Origin: Candidatus Marinacidobacterales bacterium
GTDB lineage: Bacteria; Acidobacteriota; Vicinamibacteria; Marinacidobacterales; DATDRI01
Assembly: GCA_965226495.1 (NCBI GenBank)
Contig: OZ245365.1
Location: forward strand, 4,672,001-4,736,000
Length of the DNA stretch: 64,000 nt
Direction: 5' to 3'
In this document: positions 1 to 7,928 of the stretch, in pieces
Position numbering within the stretch: the stretch's first letter is position 1
Layout of the letters: each line of letters begins with the position of its first letter
The notes under the pieces: generated by a model
Seen by the model: the letters and a program-made list of their open reading frames with translations, nothing else
The model's database searches: none
Told to the model about the DNA's origin: nothing
Made by a program: the position numbers and the translations under genes

Positions 1-1151
1 AGATTGGGAGTACCGTTGCTCGCCTTGCTCCAGGAATCGGGCATCACCTGACCGTAGAGGTTGTAGGAGGTGACATAGATGTCGGTCCACCCGTCTCCAT
101 TTACATCCGCCGCCGCGGCGCTGAAACCAACCGCTCGGTGGTCGACGCCCGCCTCGCTGGACACATCCAAGAAGCGCAGCTCGCCGGTGGGCCGCAGCTG
201 GTTTTGAAGCAAGCTCTGCTCTCCGACGGCGGCGAAGAAAATATCCAGGTCCCCATCGTTGTCGTAGTCGAGGAGTAGCGTTCCTGTTCCGTCCCGGCTG
301 TAGCCCACGAGCGTTTCCTCAGAGGCATCGCGAAACGGACCCTCCCACTCATTCAGAAACAGTCGATTCCCCAGCACCCCGCTGGTCACGATGTCGAGCA
401 ACCCGTCGTCGTTGACATCGCCCACCGCCGCACCATGAGCCTTGAAGCCGTCGTTGGGAGGCTCGCCGAAAGCAGGCACGTCCTCCCACAGCCCGGCGGG
501 TCGGGTCACATCGGAAAACAGGTCCTCCTCGGACAGCATGCTTTCAAGCGACTCGAACGACCAACTCCGCACTCTCCAAAGTTCTTCAGGCACTCTCTCG
601 ACACGAACCTGAATCCACCCCCGTACCCATTCGCGCCGTCCCTTCCCGTCGCGGCCTACGACAAAGAAGAAGACGCGGCTTTCGCCGCGCGTCGGCGTAC
701 CACCATCGAAGTCTGCCCCTTTCACCTTGAGGCGGACATCCTCGATTTCGGTGAAATGAGACAGAAACCCTTCGACACTCTGAAGGAAGTCGGCACGTTC
801 GGTCACTTTGGGAGCCACGTTCAGATCCCAGCCGTGCCGACGGATCCATTTAATGTCGTGCTGCACAGCATCCGGTCGAGTGGGAAACAAAGTGGCCTCG
901 AACTCCTCGGGGAAGTATTTTGCAGCCTTCCCGAGGTCTTGTCGGCGAAGCTCGACCGACAAGTCCAAGAGCTGGTTTGCCAGCGACTCTGAATCGTCTT
1001 CTATCTGCTCGAGCGCGGCGCGATCGAGCTCGAGAGAAGACCGTTCCTGGGCCAAGGCCTCATCGGGTAAGGTGCTAACTAGCAGGACGAGCGCCAGGGC
1101 TGTCGGCAGATGGGTGCGACCCCAGCCAACCCAAGAGACATTTAGTGACAT
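1..1151 (-). CDS. Secreted CRTAC1/ASPIC-UnbV-like FG-GAP repeat protein (runs off the window start; absent from the ORF track)
   Basis: Manual translation from ATG 1151: MSLNVSWVGWGRTHLPTALALVLLVSTLPDEALAQ (signal peptide), then repeats GDVNDDGLLDI, LDYDNDGDLDIF, ADVNGDGWTDIYV; open to position 1. Confidence 0.85.
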   Translation of the reverse strand, partial: MSLNVSWVGWGRTHLPTALALVLLVSTLPDEALAQERSSLELDRAALEQIEDDSESLANQLLDLSVELRRQDLGKAAKYFPEEFEATLFPTRPDAVQHDIKWIRRHGWDLNVAPKVTERADFLQSVEGFLSHFTEIEDVRLKVKGADFDGGTPTRGESRVFFFVVGRDGKGRREWVRGWIQVRVERVPEELWRVRSWSFESLESMLSEEDLFSDVTRPAGLWEDVPAFGEPPNDGFKAHGAAVGDVNDDGLLDIVTSGVLGNRLFLNEWEGPFRDASEETLVGYSRDGTGTLLLDYDNDGDLDIFFAAVGEQSLLQNQLRPTGELRFLDVSSEAGVDHRAVGFSAAAADVNGDGWTDIYVTSYNLYGQVMPDSWSKASNGTPN

Positions 1152-1298
1152 CAGCGAGTAAGAGCTTAGACAATCCCCACGGCGTTTCCAAATCTGCCGC
1201 CCTCAGTATTGTAGTCACCGGCGCCCGAGACGTGAGACAATCCGCGGACTTGGATTGTGGTGGGACGCAGATCCAGCGACTAGCAATGGAGGGTCACG

Positions 1299-2546
1299 AT
1301 GAGCTCGGAACCTAAGACAGATGCGGTTAGCTTTCGTTGGGTCATTATCTTTCTGATCTGGCTCGCCAATACCTGCGGAGCGCTCACCCAATTATCAGGT
1401 GGCCCGGTCCAGCTCTCCGTGGCGAAAGAATTCGGGCTAAACGCTGCCCAGTTAGCCACCTGGATCAACCTACCCCTGCTAGCTATTGGCCTCTTCTCGA
1501 TCCCCGCAGGCATCCTGGTGGACCGGTTTGGAGCTCGCGCCGGAGTGGCGTTCGCGTTGCTCCTCATGTCCGTATTCGCGCTCGGACGAGGAATCGCTCC
1601 TAGCTTTGCGTGGCTTTGTTTCGCGACTTTCTCCTTCGGAATCGGTTACGCTTTTCTGCTGAGCGGGATGCCCAAGGCGGTGTCCGAGTGGTTTCCATCC
1701 CACGAACTGGGACGAGCGGTCGGATTCTATACGTCCGGAGCTTCTGTCGGAGTGCTCACCGTCTTTTGGTTTGCGATACCTGTGTTCGGCGATAATTGGA
1801 GAGACCTCTTCTTAGCCTCGGGTGGCACCGTGACGGTCGCCTTTCTCGCCTGGCTCGTCCTCGGCAAAAAATCTTCCCGTGCTTCGTCCGGGCATGGCGC
1901 TCCCGGGGGAGTCGGCGACATGCTCCGAAGCTTTCGATCGGTCGCGAGTCAGCGCGACGTGAGGCTATTGGTAGGACTGTGCGCCATGACGCAGGTCGGG
2001 GTCTTCGGCTGGCTGGCTTTCGGTTTTCCGTACTTGGTGATCGCCAAAGGCGCTCCGGAGGAAACGGCTGGCCAGGTGGTCGCGTTCACGATGGTGGGCT
2101 TCCTCTTTGGGGCACTCTCCGTATCCGGACTTTCAGATCGGCTCGGCAAACGGCGGCCATTCCTGATCGGGCCGGCCTTCGTCACTTGCCTGTTGTTCTT
2201 CGGCCTGATCGTGGTTCCTCTGGGGTGGCTCTTCTGGGCCATGGTGCTCTTGATCGGATTCTGCCTCGCCGCGATTCAAGTTCTGCTATTCGCCCTACCG
2301 CTCGAGCTTCCGGGGGTTTCGAAGGATCAGGTCGGTGCCTGCGAAGGTCTTATCATTTCTATCGGCTACTTCTTCGGGATCGCAGCCTCTCCCGTCTTGG
2401 GATCGCTACTGGGAAGCTACGATACAACGACGCCCCAGCAGTTCTTTGTCGTGGTGGGTTGCATGGGAGCGGCACTGGGCGTCGGGACCGTCCTATCGTT
2501 CTTGATGAGTGAGACTGGACCCGCCGGTCGAAAGGCCTCCGCCTAA
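1299..2546 (+). CDS. MFS transporter
   Basis: About 12 hydrophobic segments; motif A GILVDRFGAR and its repeat GLSDRLGKRR; GGAGG upstream. Confidence 0.9.
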   Translation: MSSEPKTDAVSFRWVIIFLIWLANTCGALTQLSGGPVQLSVAKEFGLNAAQLATWINLPLLAIGLFSIPAGILVDRFGARAGVAFALLLMSVFALGRGIAPSFAWLCFATFSFGIGYAFLLSGMPKAVSEWFPSHELGRAVGFYTSGASVGVLTVFWFAIPVFGDNWRDLFLASGGTVTVAFLAWLVLGKKSSRASSGHGAPGGVGDMLRSFRSVASQRDVRLLVGLCAMTQVGVFGWLAFGFPYLVIAKGAPEETAGQVVAFTMVGFLFGALSVSGLSDRLGKRRPFLIGPAFVTCLLFFGLIVVPLGWLFWAMVLLIGFCLAAIQVLLFALPLELPGVSKDQVGACEGLIISIGYFFGIAASPVLGSLLGSYDTTTPQQFFVVVGCMGAALGVGTVLSFLMSETGPAGRKASA

Positions 2547-2553
2547 GGCCCCC

Positions 2554-3735
2554 ATGGACCGTAGGCAGTTCCTGAAGGCCGGCGCTCTCGCCGGGGCAGG
2601 AGCCGCGTACTTCGGAGCTGCTCACCTTTACCTCTCGGACGAGAGGTGGACGCCCAATCGTTCCTATTGGGTCGCGCGGGGACGCGCGCCCGTGAACCCT
2701 CCTCTGCAAGGTAACCACTCAGTAGACCTCGCGGTGATCGGTGGTGGCGTCACCGGTCTCTCCACCGCGATCCACGCCCGGGAAATGATGCCGGGACTCC
2801 AGGTGGCGCTCCTCGAAGCCGAATACGTCGGCTACGGGGCCACCGGGCGCAGCGGCGGCATCCTCGCAAACGGCACCGAGATGGGAATCCAGGAAGGCAC
2901 CGAATACAACACGACCTTTGCTATCTCCTTCATTGATCGCCTCGGTATCGAATGCGATCTCGATCGAGAGAACGAAGAGTTGGATCCCTACAAATACGCC
3001 GTGGGATTGAAGGCGGCGGCGGAACGCGCAGGCGTTCGAGTCTACGAGGGCACGCGAGTCGTCGAAATCGACAAGGGGAATCCCGTTAGGCTCGCGGGCG
3101 ACGGTTTCACTCTTCAAGCGCCGCGCGTGATCGTCGCCACCAACGGCTACATGCCGAAGCTCGGTGTCGCCGCCGAGCGTATCTTCCCGGTGCACACCGG
3201 TGTGGCGGTCACCACTCCGATGCCGGACGAGGTGCTTTCCGGCTTTCCCGCGAGCCTCCACATCATGACCAACCGAGAGATGTACGTGTGGGGTCGAAAG
3301 GTTCCTGGGAAGCGCATGCTCATGGGGTCCGGCGCGGAGTACTACTACGATAACGGCCTTTGCGACACGAGTGAGCGCTACGTATTCGCGGCGCTAGAAC
3401 GATTCATGAAAGAGAGCCATCCCGAGCTGACTGATTATCCGTTCGAGTACACGTGGACCGGTCCGATGGGAGTGACCGAGGATCAAGAGCCCGTGATGGG
3501 AACGGAAGGCAAGGACGGCAACATCTTCTACTGTGGTGGCTACGCGGGTCTCGGGATCGCGATGGGTACGCGCGCCGGCCAGTGGCTGGCCGGGATGCTG
3601 GAAGGCGCGGCTCCTCCCGACTGGCTGTTCCGTGATACGTTCCGCTTTCCCGGTGAGCCCCTGCGCTTCATTGGTGTGAACAGTGCCATCAATCTCATGA
3701 ATCTAAGCCTCCTGAGCATGAAGAAACATGAGTAG
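2554..3735 (+). CDS. FAD-dependent oxidoreductase (DAO/PuuB-like) with twin-arginine leader
   Basis: MDRRQFLKAGALAG Tat motif; VIGGGVTGLS, GATGRSGG, GYAGLGIA; ATG 2554 lies 7 nt after the MFS stop. Confidence 0.85.
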   Translation: MDRRQFLKAGALAGAGAAYFGAAHLYLSDERWTPNRSYWVARGRAPVNPPLQGNHSVDLAVIGGGVTGLSTAIHAREMMPGLQVALLEAEYVGYGATGRSGGILANGTEMGIQEGTEYNTTFAISFIDRLGIECDLDRENEELDPYKYAVGLKAAAERAGVRVYEGTRVVEIDKGNPVRLAGDGFTLQAPRVIVATNGYMPKLGVAAERIFPVHTGVAVTTPMPDEVLSGFPASLHIMTNREMYVWGRKVPGKRMLMGSGAEYYYDNGLCDTSERYVFAALERFMKESHPELTDYPFEYTWTGPMGVTEDQEPVMGTEGKDGNIFYCGGYAGLGIAMGTRAGQWLAGMLEGAAPPDWLFRDTFRFPGEPLRFIGVNSAINLMNLSLLSMKKHE

Positions 3736-3988
3736 CGAAGAAAGCGTCCTTCGCAATTGGCAGGTTCCGCTCGTGGGTCCGACTTCGCTCGTTGTTCTCG
3801 GAGTCCTGTCTATTCTGTTTTTTTGGGTACCGTTGGTTGCGCCATTGATTCAGCTCGTCGCTTTGGTTCAGTGTCTTCGCACCGCGCGATGGGGATTGGC
3901 CGAACCGTGGAGCCTGGTCATCGGAGTCGGCGGAGCGTTCGTCGGGTTCGGTCTGTTTCTTGCGCTCCAGTACCGGTGGGTGATCTAG
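3728..3988 (+). CDS. Small multi-pass membrane protein
   Basis: 86 aa, about 3 TM segments; overlaps the oxidoreductase stop. Confidence 0.65.
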   Translation: MSSEESVLRNWQVPLVGPTSLVVLGVLSILFFWVPLVAPLIQLVALVQCLRTARWGLAEPWSLVIGVGGAFVGFGLFLALQYRWVI

Positions 3989-4075
3989 GCGTCCGGTTCT
4001 CGAGTCGCAACCGACCGACCTGTGGCGTAAGATACGCCCAAGATTGAGGGCAAGCCTCAGATAGGAGGGTAAGCC

Positions 4076-5005
4076 ATGCCAGTTCGCGACCCCAGTGAAG
4101 CAGATACTGCCGAGCACCGGCCGATCGGTGATGATGCCGAGGCCGTCGAAGCCGGGCAACCTCCCCTCTCTTCATTGGTCCACATCGATTTCGGGGCGGT
4201 TACCGACCGCGGCAAGAAGCGGTCCAACAACGAAGACAGCTACCTGGTAGCCCGCTGCGGCCGGGCCTTGGAGGCCCTGCTGACCAATCTCCCCAAAGAA
4301 GAAATGCCGACCGAATTCCGTGAGACCGGCTACGGGATGATCGTGGCCGATGGCATGGGTGGTGCGGCGGCCGGAGAAGTCGCGAGCCGTATGGCCATCA
4401 GCACCCTGGTGAAACTGGTCACCGAAATCCCTGATTGGATCCTCCAGTTCGACGAGGATCGAGAGAAGGAGGCCTTAAAGCGCGCCGACCATCACTACCG
4501 CCGGGTGCACGAGGCCCTTACCAAGCGCGCCGAGTCCGATCCCAAGCTCGCCGGTATGGGTACCACGATGACCGTGGCGACGGTCATCGGCGCCGACGGG
4601 GTCGTCGCCCACGTGGGAGATTCACGGGCCTACCTCTATCGCGACGGCAAGCTCCACCAGCTGACCAAGGATCAAACCCAGGCTCAGCTACTCCTCGACG
4701 CCGGCGTCATTAATAAGGAAGAATTCTCCAAGCACCGGTACCGCCATGTGCTGCTCCAGGCAATCGGGGGGCGCGGTGGACTGGTGGACGTCGAGATTCA
4801 GAGGATGCGCTTCCGCAACGACGATCGCTTGTTGCTTTGTACCGACGGTCTGACCGACATGGTCGACGACACCCAGATCGCCGAGGTTCTCGGTCGCGGA
4901 GCGTCGTCCCAGGAAGGATGTCAGGCTCTTGTCGATCTAGCCTTGGAGGCCGGGGGGAAAGACAACGTCACCGTCGTCGCGGCGCATTTGAGTATTCCGG
5001 ATTAG
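4076..5005 (+). CDS. PP2C-family Ser/Thr protein phosphatase
   Basis: NNEDS, VADGMGG, GTTMT, HVGDSRAY, LLCTDGL, GGKDNVTV motifs. Confidence 0.93.
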   Translation: MPVRDPSEADTAEHRPIGDDAEAVEAGQPPLSSLVHIDFGAVTDRGKKRSNNEDSYLVARCGRALEALLTNLPKEEMPTEFRETGYGMIVADGMGGAAAGEVASRMAISTLVKLVTEIPDWILQFDEDREKEALKRADHHYRRVHEALTKRAESDPKLAGMGTTMTVATVIGADGVVAHVGDSRAYLYRDGKLHQLTKDQTQAQLLLDAGVINKEEFSKHRYRHVLLQAIGGRGGLVDVEIQRMRFRNDDRLLLCTDGLTDMVDDTQIAEVLGRGASSQEGCQALVDLALEAGGKDNVTVVAAHLSIPD

Positions 5006-5097
5006 CTAGCCGCCCGATTCGAGGCGTTCCCAATTTAGAATCAGAAGCACCTCTCGGCGTTCTGTGCTAACTTGGGCCCGTTCTGGAGGTGTGGGCC

Positions 5098-6009
5098 ATG
5101 AAATCTTCTCTCAGTATCTTCTTACTACTGTTCGTTCTCCTACCGAGCGCAAGCAACGCGCAGGATAAGTCCACCTATTACACCGTGATACATCCCGACG
5201 AGTTCACGATTGATTGGGAGGGCTGGTACGAAAAATGGGAGCAGCGGACCGCGGAAGTGCGCGCGGAGTTCCCGCATCATTTGAATCTTGCGTACGGAGA
5301 AGATCCCAAGCAGAAGCTGGATCTCTATCTCCCCAAGGGTAGCCCGAAAGATGCCCCCGTCTTCTTGTTTCTTCACGGTGGCGGGATGCGCGAAGGTGAC
5401 CGGGCTCAGTACGGGTACCTAGCGCGACCTTTTCTGGAGAACGGCATCGTGGTGGCCCTCGCCAGCTACCGTCTCACACCCAAAAATACCTACCCCGATC
5501 AACCGAACGATTCCCGAGACGCTGCGGCCTGGCTCTACAAGAACGTCGCATCCTACGGAGGCAATCCCCGAGCCCTCTATGTGGGCGGCCACTCAGCCGG
5601 GGGGCATCTTTCGGGCCTCATCTGCGCCAACACCGACTGGCTCGCCGAGCGATCGGTTCCGAGGGACGCACTTCAGGGCTGCGTCCCGATGAGCTCAGAC
5701 TACGGGTTCGAGGCGATCCAGAAGCGAACGACTTACCTTCCGGATGCCTCGGATCACAAAGGCGCTACACCGATTCTCAACATCAAGAATCCCCCGCCCT
5801 ATTTCGTCATTGCCGCGGGGGGTGACGAAGAGCATTTGATCGAGCCGAGCAAGGAGTTCGCCGCGGCGCTCCGCGAGGCTGGGAGCACTGCAGTGGTCGT
5901 GTTCGGCGAGGACATGGACCACGCCGAGATAGTGGCCGTTTTGGGAGACGGCAATAGCAAGCTCTTCAAAGCAGCCCTCGAGATGATCCGATCGGAACCG
6001 GGGACTTAG
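5098..6009 (+). CDS. Secreted alpha/beta hydrolase (HSL/arylformamidase-like esterase)
   Basis: Signal peptide; HGGG oxyanion motif, GHSAGG nucleophile, C-terminal DH. Confidence 0.88.
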   Translation: MKSSLSIFLLLFVLLPSASNAQDKSTYYTVIHPDEFTIDWEGWYEKWEQRTAEVRAEFPHHLNLAYGEDPKQKLDLYLPKGSPKDAPVFLFLHGGGMREGDRAQYGYLARPFLENGIVVALASYRLTPKNTYPDQPNDSRDAAAWLYKNVASYGGNPRALYVGGHSAGGHLSGLICANTDWLAERSVPRDALQGCVPMSSDYGFEAIQKRTTYLPDASDHKGATPILNIKNPPPYFVIAAGGDEEHLIEPSKEFAAALREAGSTAVVVFGEDMDHAEIVAVLGDGNSKLFKAALEMIRSEPGT

Positions 6010-6036
6010 TGTTCCGTATCTAATTCGAACGCCAGC

Positions 6037-6345
6037 TCAACCTGCGAGCTCGAAAAGCCGCGTGAATTTCTTCAGGGCGGTCGCCGAGCCGGTCACTTTC
6101 CACTTTCCGGTCTTCTCCAGATCGGCCGGGTCCTCCCCGGATTCGAAGCGACGAAAGATCTCGGATGTGGTCGTGACCACGACGTCCGGATCGGACGCTG
6201 ACCCGGCGGCGCTGGACAACTTCCCGTCTCGGACGAGCGCGTGCAACACCTCGTCGCCCACGCGGAACTCACAGCAAACCTTCACTCCCTGAGCCCGTTC
6301 GGGACGAAAAAAGGCCCTCATCGCCACGGCAGTCCAGGTAGCACG
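6037..6345 (-). pseudogene. SCP2 sterol-binding domain, probably the 5'-truncated C-terminus of an HxlR-wHTH/SCP2 regulator
   Basis: WTAVAMRAFFRPERA...EFRVGDEVLH...DPDVVVTT...VTGSATALKKFTRLF; the in-frame upstream sequence is just antisense of the next gene. Confidence 0.5.
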
Positions 6346-6380
6346 GTAACGATCTATATTGGTTTTGTCGGAGGTGAAAC

Positions 6381-6734
6381 ATGACTTGGCAGAAAGCGGT
6401 TCTAGGCTTGGTTTTGATTCTTTTCCTGGCCATGACGGGAGAGGTGCTTTACGAGCATGGCTACTTGGGCTTCTTCGCCATCGCGAGCTCCAATTCCGGC
6501 ACCCAACTGATGATGTTCGATCTGGTGGTCGCGCTGACACTCATCACGACCTGGATGGTTGGAGACGCCAGCGAGAAAGGAAAGGCCGTCGTTCCTTTCG
6601 TCCTTATCACCCTATTCTTCGGCGTCGCGAGCCCGCTGCTCTATCTCATCACTCGCAGCGAGGGAAAGGTTTTTCAGCGTATCGCGGGTACTGCCGTGCT
6701 GGTGCTTCTCATGGTCGCGGGCGTGGCGCTATGA
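6381..6734 (+). CDS. DUF2834-like membrane protein
   Basis: GGAGGTG RBS; 4 TM segments; pattern QLMMFDLVVALTL...WMVGDA...GVASPLLYL. Confidence 0.75.
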   Translation: MTWQKAVLGLVLILFLAMTGEVLYEHGYLGFFAIASSNSGTQLMMFDLVVALTLITTWMVGDASEKGKAVVPFVLITLFFGVASPLLYLITRSEGKVFQRIAGTAVLVLLMVAGVAL

Positions 6735-7151
6735 GTTGACGCCAATGACGGGCAGCCCAAATGCGCGCGCGGCAGTAGTTAGTGCACCGTCGTGGGTCGC
6801 CATGACAAGCTCTTCGCCTCGCTGCTCACGCCAGAGTAGCGCCGTCGCTAGGTGAACGGCATCGAGTGTTCCTAGAGGAGTGGGAAAAGGCTGAGATGCG
6901 CGATTCAACACCAGCTTCGTGAGATCGACTAGGTGAAGCTCGGCAAGGAGTTGAAACATGGTCTCTCGCCTAAGCGCTAGGTCCTGATCCGACAGCCCCA
7001 CCGTGTGTCGGAGCCGATCGAGAGTGCGCAGACATTCGACCTCTACCAAGTGACTCGCAACGCCTACCTTGATGGATGCCCACTCTTTCAGGCTGTCCGG
7101 CTGACCAAGGACGACCCGCAGAAGCACGGACGAGTCAAGATAAGCGATCAC
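6729..7151 (-). CDS. vapC: VapC-type PIN-domain toxin
   Basis: AYLDSSVL, EVE, TLDAVHLATA, ATHD acidic PIN residues; overlaps the antitoxin stop. Confidence 0.9.
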   Translation of the reverse strand: MIAYLDSSVLLRVVLGQPDSLKEWASIKVGVASHLVEVECLRTLDRLRHTVGLSDQDLALRRETMFQLLAELHLVDLTKLVLNRASQPFPTPLGTLDAVHLATALLWREQRGEELVMATHDGALTTAARAFGLPVIGVNS

Positions 7152-7411
7152 CGCTCGAGCTGTCGCTCCTCAAGTAGAAGACTGACAATGTCGATATCTA
7201 GTCTCAGGGGAGGAGGCAGCGGCACTTTCTGCAGAGATGGATATTTACCCAGTGGCGCCCGGACCTTCAGTGGCTCATCGCCTTCGGTATAGGGGACGAC
7301 CTTTGCCACAGGCTTATCCCGATCCAGAACCACGACAGAATGACCACGCCGCACGCGACGCAAGTGTTCGCTCAAGCGCGCCTTCAGATCCGCGATCTTC
7401 ACGCCCTTCAT
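7148..7411 (-). CDS. Phd/YefM-family antitoxin
   Basis: [40 protein letters not shown]. Confidence 0.88.
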   Translation of the reverse strand: MKGVKIADLKARLSEHLRRVRRGHSVVVLDRDKPVAKVVPYTEGDEPLKVRAPLGKYPSLQKVPLPPPLRLDIDIVSLLLEERQLER

Positions 7412-7446
7412 GACTATAAGATAGTCATGAATGGTCATATTGTCAA
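7407..7446 (-). promoter_or_regulatory. Sigma70 promoter and palindromic operator of the TA operon
   Basis: TTGACA-17 nt-TATCTT-6 nt-ATG; inverted repeat TTCATGACTAT-AAG-ATAGTCATGAA at 7407-7431. Confidence 0.8.
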
Positions 7447-7517
7447 GGAGTGGATCTGCCGCCTGGGAACGAGAGTACGAAAGCGGACTCGTCATGCCGA
7501 AGCTTGAAGATGCCTGC

Positions 7518-7887
7518 TCGAGCCGTCCGTAAGCCGAGTTCTGTTCCCCCCTTTGGTTGCCCGTAGGAGGGCGACGATCATTTATCTAGCCGCGACGATT
7601 GCTCGCCGCAGTCGAGCGACCTACCCGGAAGCTTCGGACGGGCCGCCCTCGAACGCTTCCCTATTTGGTCTTGCTCCGTGCGGGGTTTGCCGTGCCTCGG
7701 ATGTCACCACCCGAGCGGTGCGCTCTTACCGCACCATTTCACCCTTACCTCCCCCGAAGGAAGAGGCGGTATATTTTCTGTGGCACTTTCCTTCCCGTCA
7801 CCGGGACTGGGGGTTGCCCAGCGCACTGCCCTGGGGAGTTCGGACTTTCCTCCGACCCGAAAGCCGGCGATCATCTGGTCGACTCGA
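7518..7887 (-). ncRNA. rnpB: RNase P RNA (class A)
   Basis: Minus strand GAGGAAAGTCCGAACTCC, GTGCCACAGAAAA, GGGTGAAATGGTGCGGTAAGAGCGCACC, ACAGAACTCGGCTTAC; TATAAT upstream at 7900-7905. Confidence 0.96.
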
Positions 7888-7928
7888 ACAGGCAGGGCCA
7901 TTATACGACACGCGGCAAAACGGGGCGG

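Noticed and set aside
435-992. 185-aa plus-strand ORF and neighbours
   Set aside because: Antisense to the FG-GAP gene, which the ORF track missed because it lacks a stop within the window.
6005-6030. TAGTGTTCCGT at the hydrolase stop (and CTAGTGTCGTCCC near 31106) resembling the MITE terminus
   Set aside because: Only ~10 bp of similarity with no partner IR; could be chance.
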